The notes beneath the pieces were generated by a model that worked only from the letters and a program-made list of their open reading frames with translations, was not told the origin of the DNA and ran no database searches. Shown here in pieces: positions 26,267 through 34,363 of a DNA stretch of 38,238 nucleotides. The translations under genes were made by a program, and so were the position numbers. Each line of letters begins with the position of its first letter. Positions within the stretch are counted from its first letter, which is position 1. Origin of the DNA: a virus; IMG/VR virus record IMGVR_UViG_3300043640_000112, positions 1 through 38,238 of that record; one strand, 5' to 3'.

Positions 26267-27118
26267 ATGATTACATCGATAAAAAGGGATTTTAACTTAT
26301 TTCCTAATATTGTGGGGATTGTTACGACAGACAATTTAGCCGCAATTACTACAACAGGTTATTTTAATACTCAATTAGCAGCAGTTGAATTATTAAATAA
26401 TGGAATATGGCAATGGGAGCTGGAAGATTGGATTGTAATTTATTACGCTACCAATTTAATTGGATTATTTACTTATAATGCCTCGACAGATGCTTTTGTA
26501 TCGTTAGCAGCTAACGGAGGAATTTCTAATACTTTACCTTCCGCTGATATTATCGTCGGTAATTCTTCAAATATAGCTACCGCTGTAGTTATGTCTGGTG
26601 ATGTACACATTAGTAACACTGGCGTAACAACCATTCAAGCCGGCGCTGTATCAGGCTCTAAGATTGCTAATAACGCCGTAGACTATGCTCAATTGGCGTT
26701 GGATGTAGCGGCTACAGTCACTGTTACTTTAACAGCCACTCAAATCAAAGCCTTATATGATACCCCGGTACAATTAGTCGCAGCACCAGGTGCTGGAAAA
26801 TTAATTTTAATTGATAGTATCTTATGGGATATCGCTTTCGTATCAGCTCAATATACAGCTGGCGGCGCTATTCAGGCTCAATATGGAAATACAGTTCATG
26901 GCGCTGGCTCTCCAGCCTCAGCATCTATTGCAGCAGCTACATTGAATGGAATAGCAGCTAGTGGGTTTATTGCTAACGGTTCAGGTTCAGCAACATTAAA
27001 CGCACCTGCAACTGTAGAAAATACCGCGGTATTTTTGTCTAATGCAACTGGCGATTTTGCAACTGGCGATTCAACGGCCACTTTATATGTGCGATATAGG
27101 ATTGTAAGCCCCGCATAA
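26267..27118 (+). CDS. Short tail fibre / receptor-binding protein (283 aa) with the shared N-terminal anchor
   Basis: N-terminal PNIVGIVTTDNLAAITTTGY...IYYATNLIGLFTYN aligns with 23363-25198. The C-terminus is Ala/Gly/Ser/Thr-rich and beta-type. Confidence 0.75.
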   Translation: MITSIKRDFNLFPNIVGIVTTDNLAAITTTGYFNTQLAAVELLNNGIWQWELEDWIVIYYATNLIGLFTYNASTDAFVSLAANGGISNTLPSADIIVGNSSNIATAVVMSGDVHISNTGVTTIQAGAVSGSKIANNAVDYAQLALDVAATVTVTLTATQIKALYDTPVQLVAAPGAGKLILIDSILWDIAFVSAQYTAGGAIQAQYGNTVHGAGSPASASIAAATLNGIAASGFIANGSGSATLNAPATVENTAVFLSNATGDFATGDSTATLYVRYRIVSPA

Positions 27119-27158
27119 AGATAGTCAATGAACAAGCTAAGGATAGCTTTAATTTGGT

Positions 27159-27200
27159 TCCTGTGTGGATGCTAGGATGCATATACCCACACAGGATTTT
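27159..27200 (+). terminator. Rho-independent terminator ending the late/fibre transcription unit
   Basis: A 10-bp stem TCCTGTGTGG/CCACACAGGA followed by TTTTATATTT. Confidence 0.75.
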
Positions 27201-27259
27201 ATATTTCTCACCAATATATTTACTAAATCACTTGCTTATTTGTCAGGAGGATATCTGTT

Positions 27260-27661
27260 ATGCAAGATTTACAGCAATGGATTAAAAATTGCGAAAAACT
27301 AAATTTAGAATCTTATATTGATACAAATGGTCATTTAACCATTGGATGGGGAAGAAACTTAGAGAATGGTATTCGTCTAGATGAAGCTGAATTAATGTTT
27401 AAAAATGATTTAAAGCAAACGATTCAAGAATTGGATGCTCAACATTGGTTTGTAAATTTACCTGATAATGTTCAAGCTGCTCTTATTAATATGAACTTCA
27501 ATCTAGGTATTACCAAATTGAATGGTTTTAAAAAAATGATTGCGGCACTCCAAACTAAAGATTACACAACTGCTGCTTTAGAGGCTTTAGACAGTCGTTG
27601 GGCAAAGCAAGTAGGTCAACGAGCTACAGATATATCGGTAATGATTAGAGAGGGAAAATGA
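27260..27661 (+). CDS. Endolysin, T4-lysozyme-like (GH24)
   Basis: CEKLNLESYIDTNGHLTIGWGRNLE matches the GH24 E-x-L-x-x-Y-x-D-x-x-G-x-x-T-I-G-x-G signature. Confidence 0.85.
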   Translation: MQDLQQWIKNCEKLNLESYIDTNGHLTIGWGRNLENGIRLDEAELMFKNDLKQTIQELDAQHWFVNLPDNVQAALINMNFNLGITKLNGFKKMIAALQTKDYTTAALEALDSRWAKQVGQRATDISVMIREGK

Positions 27662-27834
27662 CAAAGGAAGAACGATTCGAATTGCTATGGACTCATTATC
27701 ATCGCCAATTAGATGAAAATAGAGCCGTAGGAAGAGCGTTGGATGAACTTAGGGAGCAAGTTCGGGAGCTAAAGGATGAGCTTAACGCAAGAGCAAGTAG
27801 AACACATAAACGTAGTAAATTGGTTTCACCATGA
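27658..27834 (+). CDS. Possible small coiled-coil ORF (58 aa). It overlaps the endolysin stop (ATGA) and 59 nt of the next gene.
   Basis: Open frame MTKEERFELLWTHYHRQLDENRAVGRALDELREQVRELKDELNARASRTHKRSKLVSP. No transmembrane segment. The long overlap makes it doubtful. Confidence 0.25.
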   Translation: MTKEERFELLWTHYHRQLDENRAVGRALDELREQVRELKDELNARASRTHKRSKLVSP

Positions 27835-28207
27835 CTTTCCAGAGTTAGCAGATGACTTTCATCACTTTGCTAATGAGAGATTCATTGATGTTAAAAATAA
27901 TCCCGGTCTTTGGCAGCATGCTAAAAATTTGTCAAAGATGGGAATAAAAAAAGGAGTTTCAGACTTTTTTCTAGCGCTGCCGGTTCAGAACGAATCTGGT
28001 GTTTGGTTGGCTGGATTGTGGATAGAGTTAAAAGTTGGAAAGGGAAAACTTACACCTGAGCAATCGGCTTTCATACACCGTAAATTACAACGTGGCTATG
28101 AAGCTGTAGCTGTATGGGGTGAGGATGCTGCTAAGGCAGTTATTTTGACGTATTTAAAAAGGGGTGTTGAATATGGAGAGCTTACGAGTCACCATCTTAA
28201 GGGATGA
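27776..28207 (+). CDS. VRR-NUC domain nuclease
   Basis: PD-(D/E)xK-type motifs GVSDFFL and WIELK, followed by LTPEQSAF, with typical size. Confidence 0.8.
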   Translation: MSLTQEQVEHINVVNWFHHDFPELADDFHHFANERFIDVKNNPGLWQHAKNLSKMGIKKGVSDFFLALPVQNESGVWLAGLWIELKVGKGKLTPEQSAFIHRKLQRGYEAVAVWGEDAAKAVILTYLKRGVEYGELTSHHLKG

Positions 28208-28382
28208 TGATTATGATTCATTCGTGATACCGGATGTGGAACTTTTCTTAGAACATTTGAGAGCTGATCCAAAGATAGCTGAGAAGTATAAACGCATGGA
28301 CGCAGAAGAGTTTAGACAGTGGGTCGAGGACGACTTAACACCTAAACAATTTGAAAAGTTAAAGGCTTTAAATAATTTATAA
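28164..28382 (+). CDS. Hypothetical protein (about 69-72 aa)
   Basis: ORF overlapping the end of the VRR-NUC gene. The likely start is the ATG at 28173. Confidence 0.4.
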   Translation: MLNMESLRVTILRDDDYDSFVIPDVELFLEHLRADPKIAEKYKRMDAEEFRQWVEDDLTPKQFEKLKALNNL

Positions 28383-28398
28383 ACAGGGAGCGTTAAAA

Positions 28399-28902
28399 AT
28401 GAGTGAAACAAGTTATGAGTTTGATCCATGTGAATTAGATGAAAGTGAGGATGAAGAAGTAACGTTAGATAACTGGAAACCGAAAGTCTTCCAAAAAGAA
28501 ATAGCAACTTCTGAGTGGCGTCAAAAATCTATAGGAAATAATTTTAATCAGCACCCCGGATTAGATGAACTTAAAAAAATTCATGTATATCTTAATAAGA
28601 AAGTTTCAGATAGTGACTTAATGAAAGCATTTGGAATCAACGCAGAAACTTTAATAGCAATTAAGAAAAATAAATATCATCCAGTAGATGGAATTTCATT
28701 AGATAATCTTAGTAAAATATATGAAGAATTTGATTCAATTGAAAAGAAAATTGATAATTGCTTACGCGCTATAAATTATATAGCTAGTATTATTTTTTTG
28801 GACAGTGAAGAAAAAGATAAATATAAACTGGCGTGTAAAAAGCCAAAGAAAGATAAAAAGAAACCAAAATATGATGAAGATATTTATGGCGAAGAAGAGT
28901 AA
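28399..28902 (+). CDS. Hypothetical protein with acidic termini and a Lys-rich C-terminal region (167 aa)
   Basis: ORF with the ribosome-binding-site context AACAGGGAGCGTTAA, identical to that of 25309. Confidence 0.55.
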   Translation: MSETSYEFDPCELDESEDEEVTLDNWKPKVFQKEIATSEWRQKSIGNNFNQHPGLDELKKIHVYLNKKVSDSDLMKAFGINAETLIAIKKNKYHPVDGISLDNLSKIYEEFDSIEKKIDNCLRAINYIASIIFLDSEEKDKYKLACKKPKKDKKKPKYDEDIYGEEE

Positions 28903-28918
28903 TATTTAATCATCTAGT

Positions 28919-29017
28919 CCGACATTTCCTATTGTCGCCGTATGGTGTGCAAGAAATGTCGGGTGGCTCCGAGAGGGTAGCAATAGCTATCATATGCGCA
29001 AGACGCTGCCGGAGCCA
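28919..29017. other. GC-rich structured intergenic element (two long stems). Candidate ncRNA or bidirectional transcription stop.
   Basis: Stem A pairs 28919-28928 (CCGACATTTC) with 28953-28962 (GAAATGTCGG). Stem B pairs 28964-28971 (TGGCTCCG) with 29010-29017 (CGGAGCCA). Loop sequence CTATTG (28929-34) is complementary to CAATAG (28981-86). Confidence 0.35.
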
Positions 29018-29080
29018 TAATTTCTGGAAACATCTCAACGTTCCCGATACTTTTTCTACAACATGGTAGATAAGCTATTT

Positions 29081-29461
29081 TTATTTAACTGATTTTATCT
29101 TATATGATTCTATCATAAAGCCTTTCCCATATGCATCAATGGCTTCTTTAATCATTTTGTCTTTATATTTAAATTCCTTATGACATGCATGCGTAGTAAC
29201 ATCATATTCATCATAATGCCATAATGGCAAAATAGGTATTAATTTTAATTTTGTTAAATAAAAATTGGAGCTTTTTTGCAATTTTTTAATCCTTGAATGA
29301 AGTACTGATTTTTGGTGCATAGTTATTAATGGTAATTTATGCAATCCATCTACATCTAAACTAGAATCTTTAATAAAATTCCCTATTTTTTTTACTTCAT
29401 TATAATTTTTTCGCCACAAATCTACATTCCGTGTATTCATATTGTCCTTATAGTTATTCAA
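29081..29461 (-). CDS. Hypothetical protein (126 aa)
   Basis: ORF at the end of the leftward operon. Its start overlaps the helicase stop. Confidence 0.5.
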   Translation of the reverse strand: MNNYKDNMNTRNVDLWRKNYNEVKKIGNFIKDSSLDVDGLHKLPLITMHQKSVLHSRIKKLQKSSNFYLTKLKLIPILPLWHYDEYDVTTHACHKEFKYKDKMIKEAIDAYGKGFMIESYKIKSVK

Positions 29462-31163
29462 AAACTTTCTGTTTTATCCTATATCCACTATTGTCAAATT
29501 TCAACATAATTTTTGATGGTATATTCACATGTTCAAGCATTTGTTCCATTTTAGAACGTATGCTCATATAGGGATACCATTCGCTAGGTTTATTACAATG
29601 TTTTTTAATGAATTGTCCATAGAATACATGCTTTGCTTTATCGTTTATGGGCGTATAGTTTTCATAATAGGCTGCAATCTGGCCGTTATCATTTCTACAT
29701 CGGTACATGCAATTTACTCGAAAGCCTGTCTTAGAGTCAGATATTGCATATTTTGCATCAATTACCTCAAGTTCTTTTAATTCATTAGCTGCGTTAGTGA
29801 AAAGGGTAAGTTTTTTATTAGGATCAATTAATTCATGTTGACAGCTTCGACAATGTCGACTTGCGAGATCATTTTTGACTCTGCATTCTGCGTTTGTACA
29901 ATCTTTAAACTCAAAAAAATATTCACAGCGTTTATCATTGATAATTCCAATACAACGGCGAGCTGTCTCTGTATTTAATTCCATACAAGTAGGGCATTTG
30001 ATTACTCTGGGTTTATCATCGTCTAAAGTCTGTTTAACAGCTTTTAAAAGAATCGGATTATCCCAATCTCGATGACGTTCAATGTTGCCTGCAAAGTCTA
30101 AAATTAAAGCGTTTTCTTTTTTTGTTTTGGGTGACAATCGCAATGATCGGCCCATGGTCTGAACAAGAAGCACAAGACTTTCTGTCGGACGCAGATAGGC
30201 AATCGTATCAAACGGGGGCACATCAACCCCAACTGAAATAATAGCGATATTAACAAGATACTTAATAATTCCCGCGCGTGCCTTATCAAGGATTTTCGTT
30301 CTTTCATATTCTGGAGTATCTCCAAGTATTAAAGCTGATTCATATCGAGGTAGATAAGTTATTATCTCTTCAGCATGCTTTCGCGTAGTTGCAAAAATAA
30401 AAACTCCATATCGGCTCTGGTTTTCCATGATATATATAAGTTGTTTGCAGATAAGCTCTGTTAAACGATTACTCTTTGTAATGACCTCTTCTAGTTCTTT
30501 TTCATCGAATTTACCATTCTGTTTTATACGCACTTTTGAGAAATCAATTATAAGTTCTTTATCTATTTGAAAACATGGTTCAATCAGATATCTATCACAT
30601 ATAAGCTGCTCTGTGGTAATATTTCCAACCTGAGATTGAAATAAACATTCTTTGCCAACGATTGTTGTTCCCTTAAATCTGAAATTTGTACCTGTAGCAC
30701 CGAGCAATCGCATGTCGGGGTATTCTTGCTTGTAATGACGCAATATACGCATAAAGCAAGTTGCATGATGAAGATAGTTAATAGCATGAGCCTCATCGAC
30801 GACAATGATATTGAATTTAATCTTTCCAATAGTTTCATTTTTATTTATTCCATTAAGTACTGATTGAGGGGTGCCAAACACAACGGGTGCGCTGGCGTCT
30901 TTTGTACCGAGTGCGGCACAATATATTGAAGCATGACCGCCCTGATCATTAAAAGTGGCAAAGTTATTGCGTACTAATTCTGCGTTGTTAACAAGGCATA
31001 GGGCGCGTTTACCGGCCTGTTGCATTGTGAGGAGTATGCTAGCCAGCATAAGGCTCTTTCCGGCTCCCACGCTTGCCATTAAGAGAACCGGCTCATCATT
31101 CTTTTTTAGGGCTTGCCAACACTCTTGGACGGCTTGTTGCTGATAGGGCCTCAGTTGTTTCAT
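29454..31163 (-). CDS. SF2 DEAD/DEAH-box DNA helicase with a C-terminal Cys-rich zinc-finger region
   Basis: LRPYQ, Walker A SVGAGKS, DEAH box VVDEAH, GATGT, and later CPTC...C...C and CRSC clusters. Confidence 0.9.
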   Translation of the reverse strand: MKQLRPYQQQAVQECWQALKKNDEPVLLMASVGAGKSLMLASILLTMQQAGKRALCLVNNAELVRNNFATFNDQGGHASIYCAALGTKDASAPVVFGTPQSVLNGINKNETIGKIKFNIIVVDEAHAINYLHHATCFMRILRHYKQEYPDMRLLGATGTNFRFKGTTIVGKECLFQSQVGNITTEQLICDRYLIEPCFQIDKELIIDFSKVRIKQNGKFDEKELEEVITKSNRLTELICKQLIYIMENQSRYGVFIFATTRKHAEEIITYLPRYESALILGDTPEYERTKILDKARAGIIKYLVNIAIISVGVDVPPFDTIAYLRPTESLVLLVQTMGRSLRLSPKTKKENALILDFAGNIERHRDWDNPILLKAVKQTLDDDKPRVIKCPTCMELNTETARRCIGIINDKRCEYFFEFKDCTNAECRVKNDLASRHCRSCQHELIDPNKKLTLFTNAANELKELEVIDAKYAISDSKTGFRVNCMYRCRNDNGQIAAYYENYTPINDKAKHVFYGQFIKKHCNKPSEWYPYMSIRSKMEQMLEHVNIPSKIMLKFDNSGYRIKQKVFE

Positions 31164-31446
31164 TAGACATCCTGTCTTCTAAAGATTCATTAATTTCTGT
31201 TCTAATATCGTGGCCATCACAATATCTTAATAACATCTGATACATGTTTATTATATCTTTAGGGAATATGAGTTTTTTTTCATTCTCGCAATAGTTATCA
31301 ATCATAGATTGGATTTTAGTTAACAATGGCTCATGCATCTTGTAAATATCGCTATCTGCATCATAGGAAGTATATGCGTCGCCCCAGCTTTGTAGATCGT
31401 ATAGCTCTTCTTTCGTAAAGTCATTCATCTTTAGAATTCCCCACAT
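31096..31446 (-). CDS. Hypothetical protein (116 aa). Its 3' end overlaps the helicase start by 68 nt.
   Basis: ORF in the track. I recognise no motif. Confidence 0.45.
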   Translation of the reverse strand: MWGILKMNDFTKEELYDLQSWGDAYTSYDADSDIYKMHEPLLTKIQSMIDNYCENEKKLIFPKDIINMYQMLLRYCDGHDIRTEINESLEDRMSNETTEALSATSRPRVLASPKKE

Positions 31447-31463
31447 TATCTTGCTTAATTTGA

Positions 31464-31499
31464 CTTACCCTCACAAATTGATTAAATTCGGAAGGTAAG
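31464..31499 (-). promoter_or_regulatory. 9-bp-stem hairpin between ssb and the downstream gene
   Basis: On the minus-strand RNA, CUUACCUUC pairs with GAGGGUAAG (one G-U pair). No clear U-run follows. Confidence 0.3.
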
Positions 31500-31524
31500 A
31501 TGATTTTCTAGGTCATTTTAGTTA

Positions 31525-31893
31525 TTAAGCAATAAAATCGGCTGGTGGTTCTTCCCTAAACGAATCATTATTTATTCGTGAAATAAATTGTATTTCGTTT
31601 CCTGTTACGGAATATAACCATTGGCCTTTTTTATCACCGACTGTTGCTTTGACATTGACTATATCTCCTTCAATATAAACAATATCACCAACTTCTGTAT
31701 TTTCATCTACAACGGTTCCAAACTTGCTAAAGAAATTAACCAAATGCCAGGTAGTAATTAATTTAACTTCTCCCTTAGAATTGGTATATCTTTTGTTTGT
31801 TACAACCGTCAAGCATGTAACTTTATCACCGCTTTTTGCAAAGCCATGATGTTTTTTTCCTACTCTTCCTAACAATGTTGCTTTCGCAAGCAT
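31525..31893 (-). CDS. ssb: Single-stranded DNA-binding protein (OB fold)
   Basis: Pattern LLGRVG...TTWHLVNFF...GDIVYIEGDI matches bacterial/phage SSB. Adjacent to recT. Confidence 0.78.
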   Translation of the reverse strand: MLAKATLLGRVGKKHHGFAKSGDKVTCLTVVTNKRYTNSKGEVKLITTWHLVNFFSKFGTVVDENTEVGDIVYIEGDIVNVKATVGDKKGQWLYSVTGNEIQFISRINNDSFREEPPADFIA

Positions 31894-32822
31894 TACGATC
31901 TCTCCAATTGAGATAAAAGTCTATTAGCATTAGTACTAGAAAGTTCAGAAAGGTCATTGACTTTATAATACTGCAATACCTTTGTGACACGTTCCGCGCT
32001 AAATGCTTTCTCTTCCATTAGCAATGAAATTTTATCGATTTGTTCATCACTAATTTTAATATCATCATCGGTTATTTCATAGCTTCCTCCTTTTTCTTGT
32101 TGAATCTCTTCTGCTTCTGATTCGATAACATTATTATTTAGTATGCTTTTAACTCTTTCTGTTTGAGTATTGCCGTTAATAATCATTAAATTCTTTTGGT
32201 TCTCAATTTTTGTCTGGTCCATTTCTTCCTCGCCATAAGTCCCGGCGAATAATTCTTGAAAACACATGCGTAAACACTGGCTTTCAGCTACTTTTTTAAT
32301 CATAGTAGCTGGTTTCCCACCTTGCGCCATGTATCCTTTGTCGTTTTTGTAGGGACCTGCTTCTTTCCATAAACTTTTACCAGTTGAATATTCTATTAAT
32401 TCAGCGAATACAAATGATGATCTTTCCGAATTTTTACGTTTAGTAATACAATAAGCCCCTAACAATTTTCCCCTATTTTTTAAATTATATTGATGTTTAA
32501 TTTTTCCGTCTGCCACTTCAAATAAATCATTTTCATAGACTGCATCACTTTGATGATAATCATAATCTTTATGTGCCTGAGCTGATTTTCTATAACCATC
32601 TCGGCCAATAAATGTCTGCGCTGCATCTTTTTCGTTATATTTAACAGCCCATATTTCACGTAAAAATGGATTAAGATTCGTAGCCTTTCCCATTCCAACA
32701 AAAAATTTAAATTCTAAATCAGTTAATTTTGGTGCAAACAATTTACGAATTTCTTCTAATTTTTGTTTGTCTTCCCATATGGTAATGTTAGATACATATT
32801 CTATAGATAATGCTGTACTCAT
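31893..32822 (-). CDS. recT: RecT-family single-strand annealing recombinase
   Basis: GKATNLNPFLREIWAVKY...FIGRDGYRKSAQ is typical of RecT. I chose the start at 32822 because of the GGAG ribosome-binding site and the TAATG overlap with the exonuclease stop. The track ORF extends to 32912. Confidence 0.85.
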   Translation of the reverse strand: MSTALSIEYVSNITIWEDKQKLEEIRKLFAPKLTDLEFKFFVGMGKATNLNPFLREIWAVKYNEKDAAQTFIGRDGYRKSAQAHKDYDYHQSDAVYENDLFEVADGKIKHQYNLKNRGKLLGAYCITKRKNSERSSFVFAELIEYSTGKSLWKEAGPYKNDKGYMAQGGKPATMIKKVAESQCLRMCFQELFAGTYGEEEMDQTKIENQKNLMIINGNTQTERVKSILNNNVIESEAEEIQQEKGGSYEITDDDIKISDEQIDKISLLMEEKAFSAERVTKVLQYYKVNDLSELSSTNANRLLSQLERS

Positions 32823-33661
32823 TAATTGACTCCTTTCATCAAGAATGTACGTGTTCCACGTTTGTTGGCTTTCCACGTTATAATCGGCTTCCCACTGACG
32901 TCTGTTAAACATTCGGCATCTTCCATAAATTGCATAATATTAAATTTGTATTTTTCCTCTACCTCACTTAAAGCCTTTATTTTAAAGCGTGTATCGATTA
33001 ATGTTGTGAATTGTTCTGCTATCTCTGGTGCAATTGTTTTTATTTTTTCCGGATCATGTTTTGGATACATCAGTCTTAAATCAATTTGATTAATCGGCTC
33101 TGGTGCAGTTCGTGTTTCAACACAATTCCAAAACTTTTTAGCAGCTTGAATTAATTTTTCTTCCAATTCTAAATCACGCGCATATTTAAATTCTCTATAG
33201 TCATTACCGCCGATTAATACCGCAATATACGCACAATCCGCATTCATCACCGCACAGTAATGAGCTACTTGCACCAAATAAGGCATAGGAATCACATCAG
33301 AGCCATTTTCTCCCCATTCACTGGCCATAAAGCCTGATGAACATTTAACTTCAAGCACGGCGTTTAATGAAGATATAAAGCCATCCACGTTTCCACGTAA
33401 AAATTCATAGACTGGATGTGCTGCTGTATTAGGCGTTTCTACGGTAACATTATTTCTTTTTGCAAATTCTTCTCTAATAACATTTTCTAATTGATGTCCC
33501 CAATATTGGAATGGAGTCATCTCATCGCGTGTCTCAACTTCACCAATTTTTTCTAAGTATAATTGGTAAGGAGTTTTATAATTTGATAGTCCTAAAATGA
33601 TTGGCATATCGCTACCACCAATTCCCAAGAGCCTTTCTTTTCTTTGTTGTTCAGTAATCAT
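32822..33661 (-). CDS. YqaJ-like (lambda Exo-type) recombination exonuclease
   Basis: N-terminal ERLLGIGGSDMPIILGLSNYKTPYQLYLEK, with PD-(D/E)xK-type motifs (VDGF...LEVK). Confidence 0.85.
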   Translation of the reverse strand: MITEQQRKERLLGIGGSDMPIILGLSNYKTPYQLYLEKIGEVETRDEMTPFQYWGHQLENVIREEFAKRNNVTVETPNTAAHPVYEFLRGNVDGFISSLNAVLEVKCSSGFMASEWGENGSDVIPMPYLVQVAHYCAVMNADCAYIAVLIGGNDYREFKYARDLELEEKLIQAAKKFWNCVETRTAPEPINQIDLRLMYPKHDPEKIKTIAPEIAEQFTTLIDTRFKIKALSEVEEKYKFNIMQFMEDAECLTDVSGKPIITWKANKRGTRTFLMKGVN

Positions 33662-33753
33662 AATTTATCCTTTTAAAAATTAATTTTTTTAAATTAATTA
33701 AGCTATAAAATTGAAAATTCCGTATTTCATAATCGCCTCCATTCACTCAGTTA

Positions 33754-33793
33754 TTGTAATTCAATTGCATAAACATTACAACCCATGTAATAT
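33754..33793 (+). promoter_or_regulatory. Early rightward promoter TTGCAT-N17-TAATAT flanked by inverted repeat TTGTAAT/ATTACAA
   Basis: The -35 is at 33765-70 and the -10 at 33788-93. The inverted-repeat arms at 33754-60 and 33775-81 bracket the -35. The promoter lies about 30 nt upstream of the Cro-like gene. Confidence 0.5.
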
Positions 33794-33821
33794 ATTATTC
33801 TAAATTAAATAAGGAAAATAA

Positions 33822-34028
33822 ATGATCCCTAATGATGTTTTAGAGAAATATGGCAGTTATTATAATTTTAGAAAAGAAACCGGTATGTCTGCTTCCTCTT
33901 TGTTTAATTGGATTACATGGGGCTATGTGCCGGAAAATTCGCAATATAAGTTGGAACGACTGACTAATGGCGAACTTAAGGCCAAATGGCCCCCTGATGA
34001 TTTTAATGACAAGGAGACTTATGAATAA
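33822..34028 (+). CDS. Cro/YdaS-like HTH regulator
   Basis: GSYYNFRKETGMSASSLFNWITWGYVPENSQYKLERLTNGEL matches the YdaS/Cro-type HTH pattern. It is the first gene of the early operon. Confidence 0.6.
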   Translation: MIPNDVLEKYGSYYNFRKETGMSASSLFNWITWGYVPENSQYKLERLTNGELKAKWPPDDFNDKETYE

Positions 34029-34362
34029 ATCACTAGATGATTGGTACGCCGCAACACAAAAAATGATTAAAGAGGCTTATTGTGAGCGCATTGTAAGCAA
34101 AGAAAAAATGAAGGGAGTTGTAGACCTTTGGATTGAACGCTTAGACTTATTAGAACAAATAGACCCCGGAATTGCCGAACGATATCAACGCCGTAAAGCC
34201 ATGCAAAAATCATTTTCTTATGAACAAATCGACTTTATCTGCTATCAAACCGGTGATTGGTATATCGAGTGGCAAGATAAGATGTGGGTGGATAGTAAAC
34301 CCAATCAGCATTGGCTAGGAGTTGCCAAAGAGCAGCTTAAAACCATGATTTGTGGAGAATAA
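34021..34362 (+). CDS. Hypothetical protein (113 aa from MNKSLDDW)
   Basis: AAGGAG ribosome-binding site before the ATG at 34021. ATGAATAA overlap with the upstream stop. Confidence 0.5.
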   Translation: MNKSLDDWYAATQKMIKEAYCERIVSKEKMKGVVDLWIERLDLLEQIDPGIAERYQRRKAMQKSFSYEQIDFICYQTGDWYIEWQDKMWVDSKPNQHWLGVAKEQLKTMICGE

Positions 34363-34363
34363 A

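Noticed and set aside
17411-27118. Possibility of a diversity-generating retroelement or an invertible (shufflon-type) fibre segment
   Set aside because: The window contains no reverse transcriptase, no template/variable repeat pair at nucleotide level, and no invertase or recombinase. The fibre repeats are diverged protein-level modules.
28956-29069. 37-aa ORF (MSGGSERVAIAIICARRC...) within the structured intergenic element
   Set aside because: No ribosome-binding site, and the frame is explained by GC-rich stems. I treat the region as non-coding.
31096-31163. 68-nt overlap between the 116-aa ORF and the helicase start as a possible frameshift or fusion
   Set aside because: I saw no slippery site, and the helicase N-terminus (MKQLRPYQ) is canonical. 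This is more likely a simple overlap or a slightly mis-called 3' end.
32850-33400. Extra TTCCACGT half-site copies (about 32853, 32872, 33392) possibly related to the 20-bp palindrome
   Set aside because: They are single half-sites inside the exonuclease coding sequence, with no dyad symmetry. They can be explained by codon content (RGNVDG etc.). I cannot show enrichment without a count.
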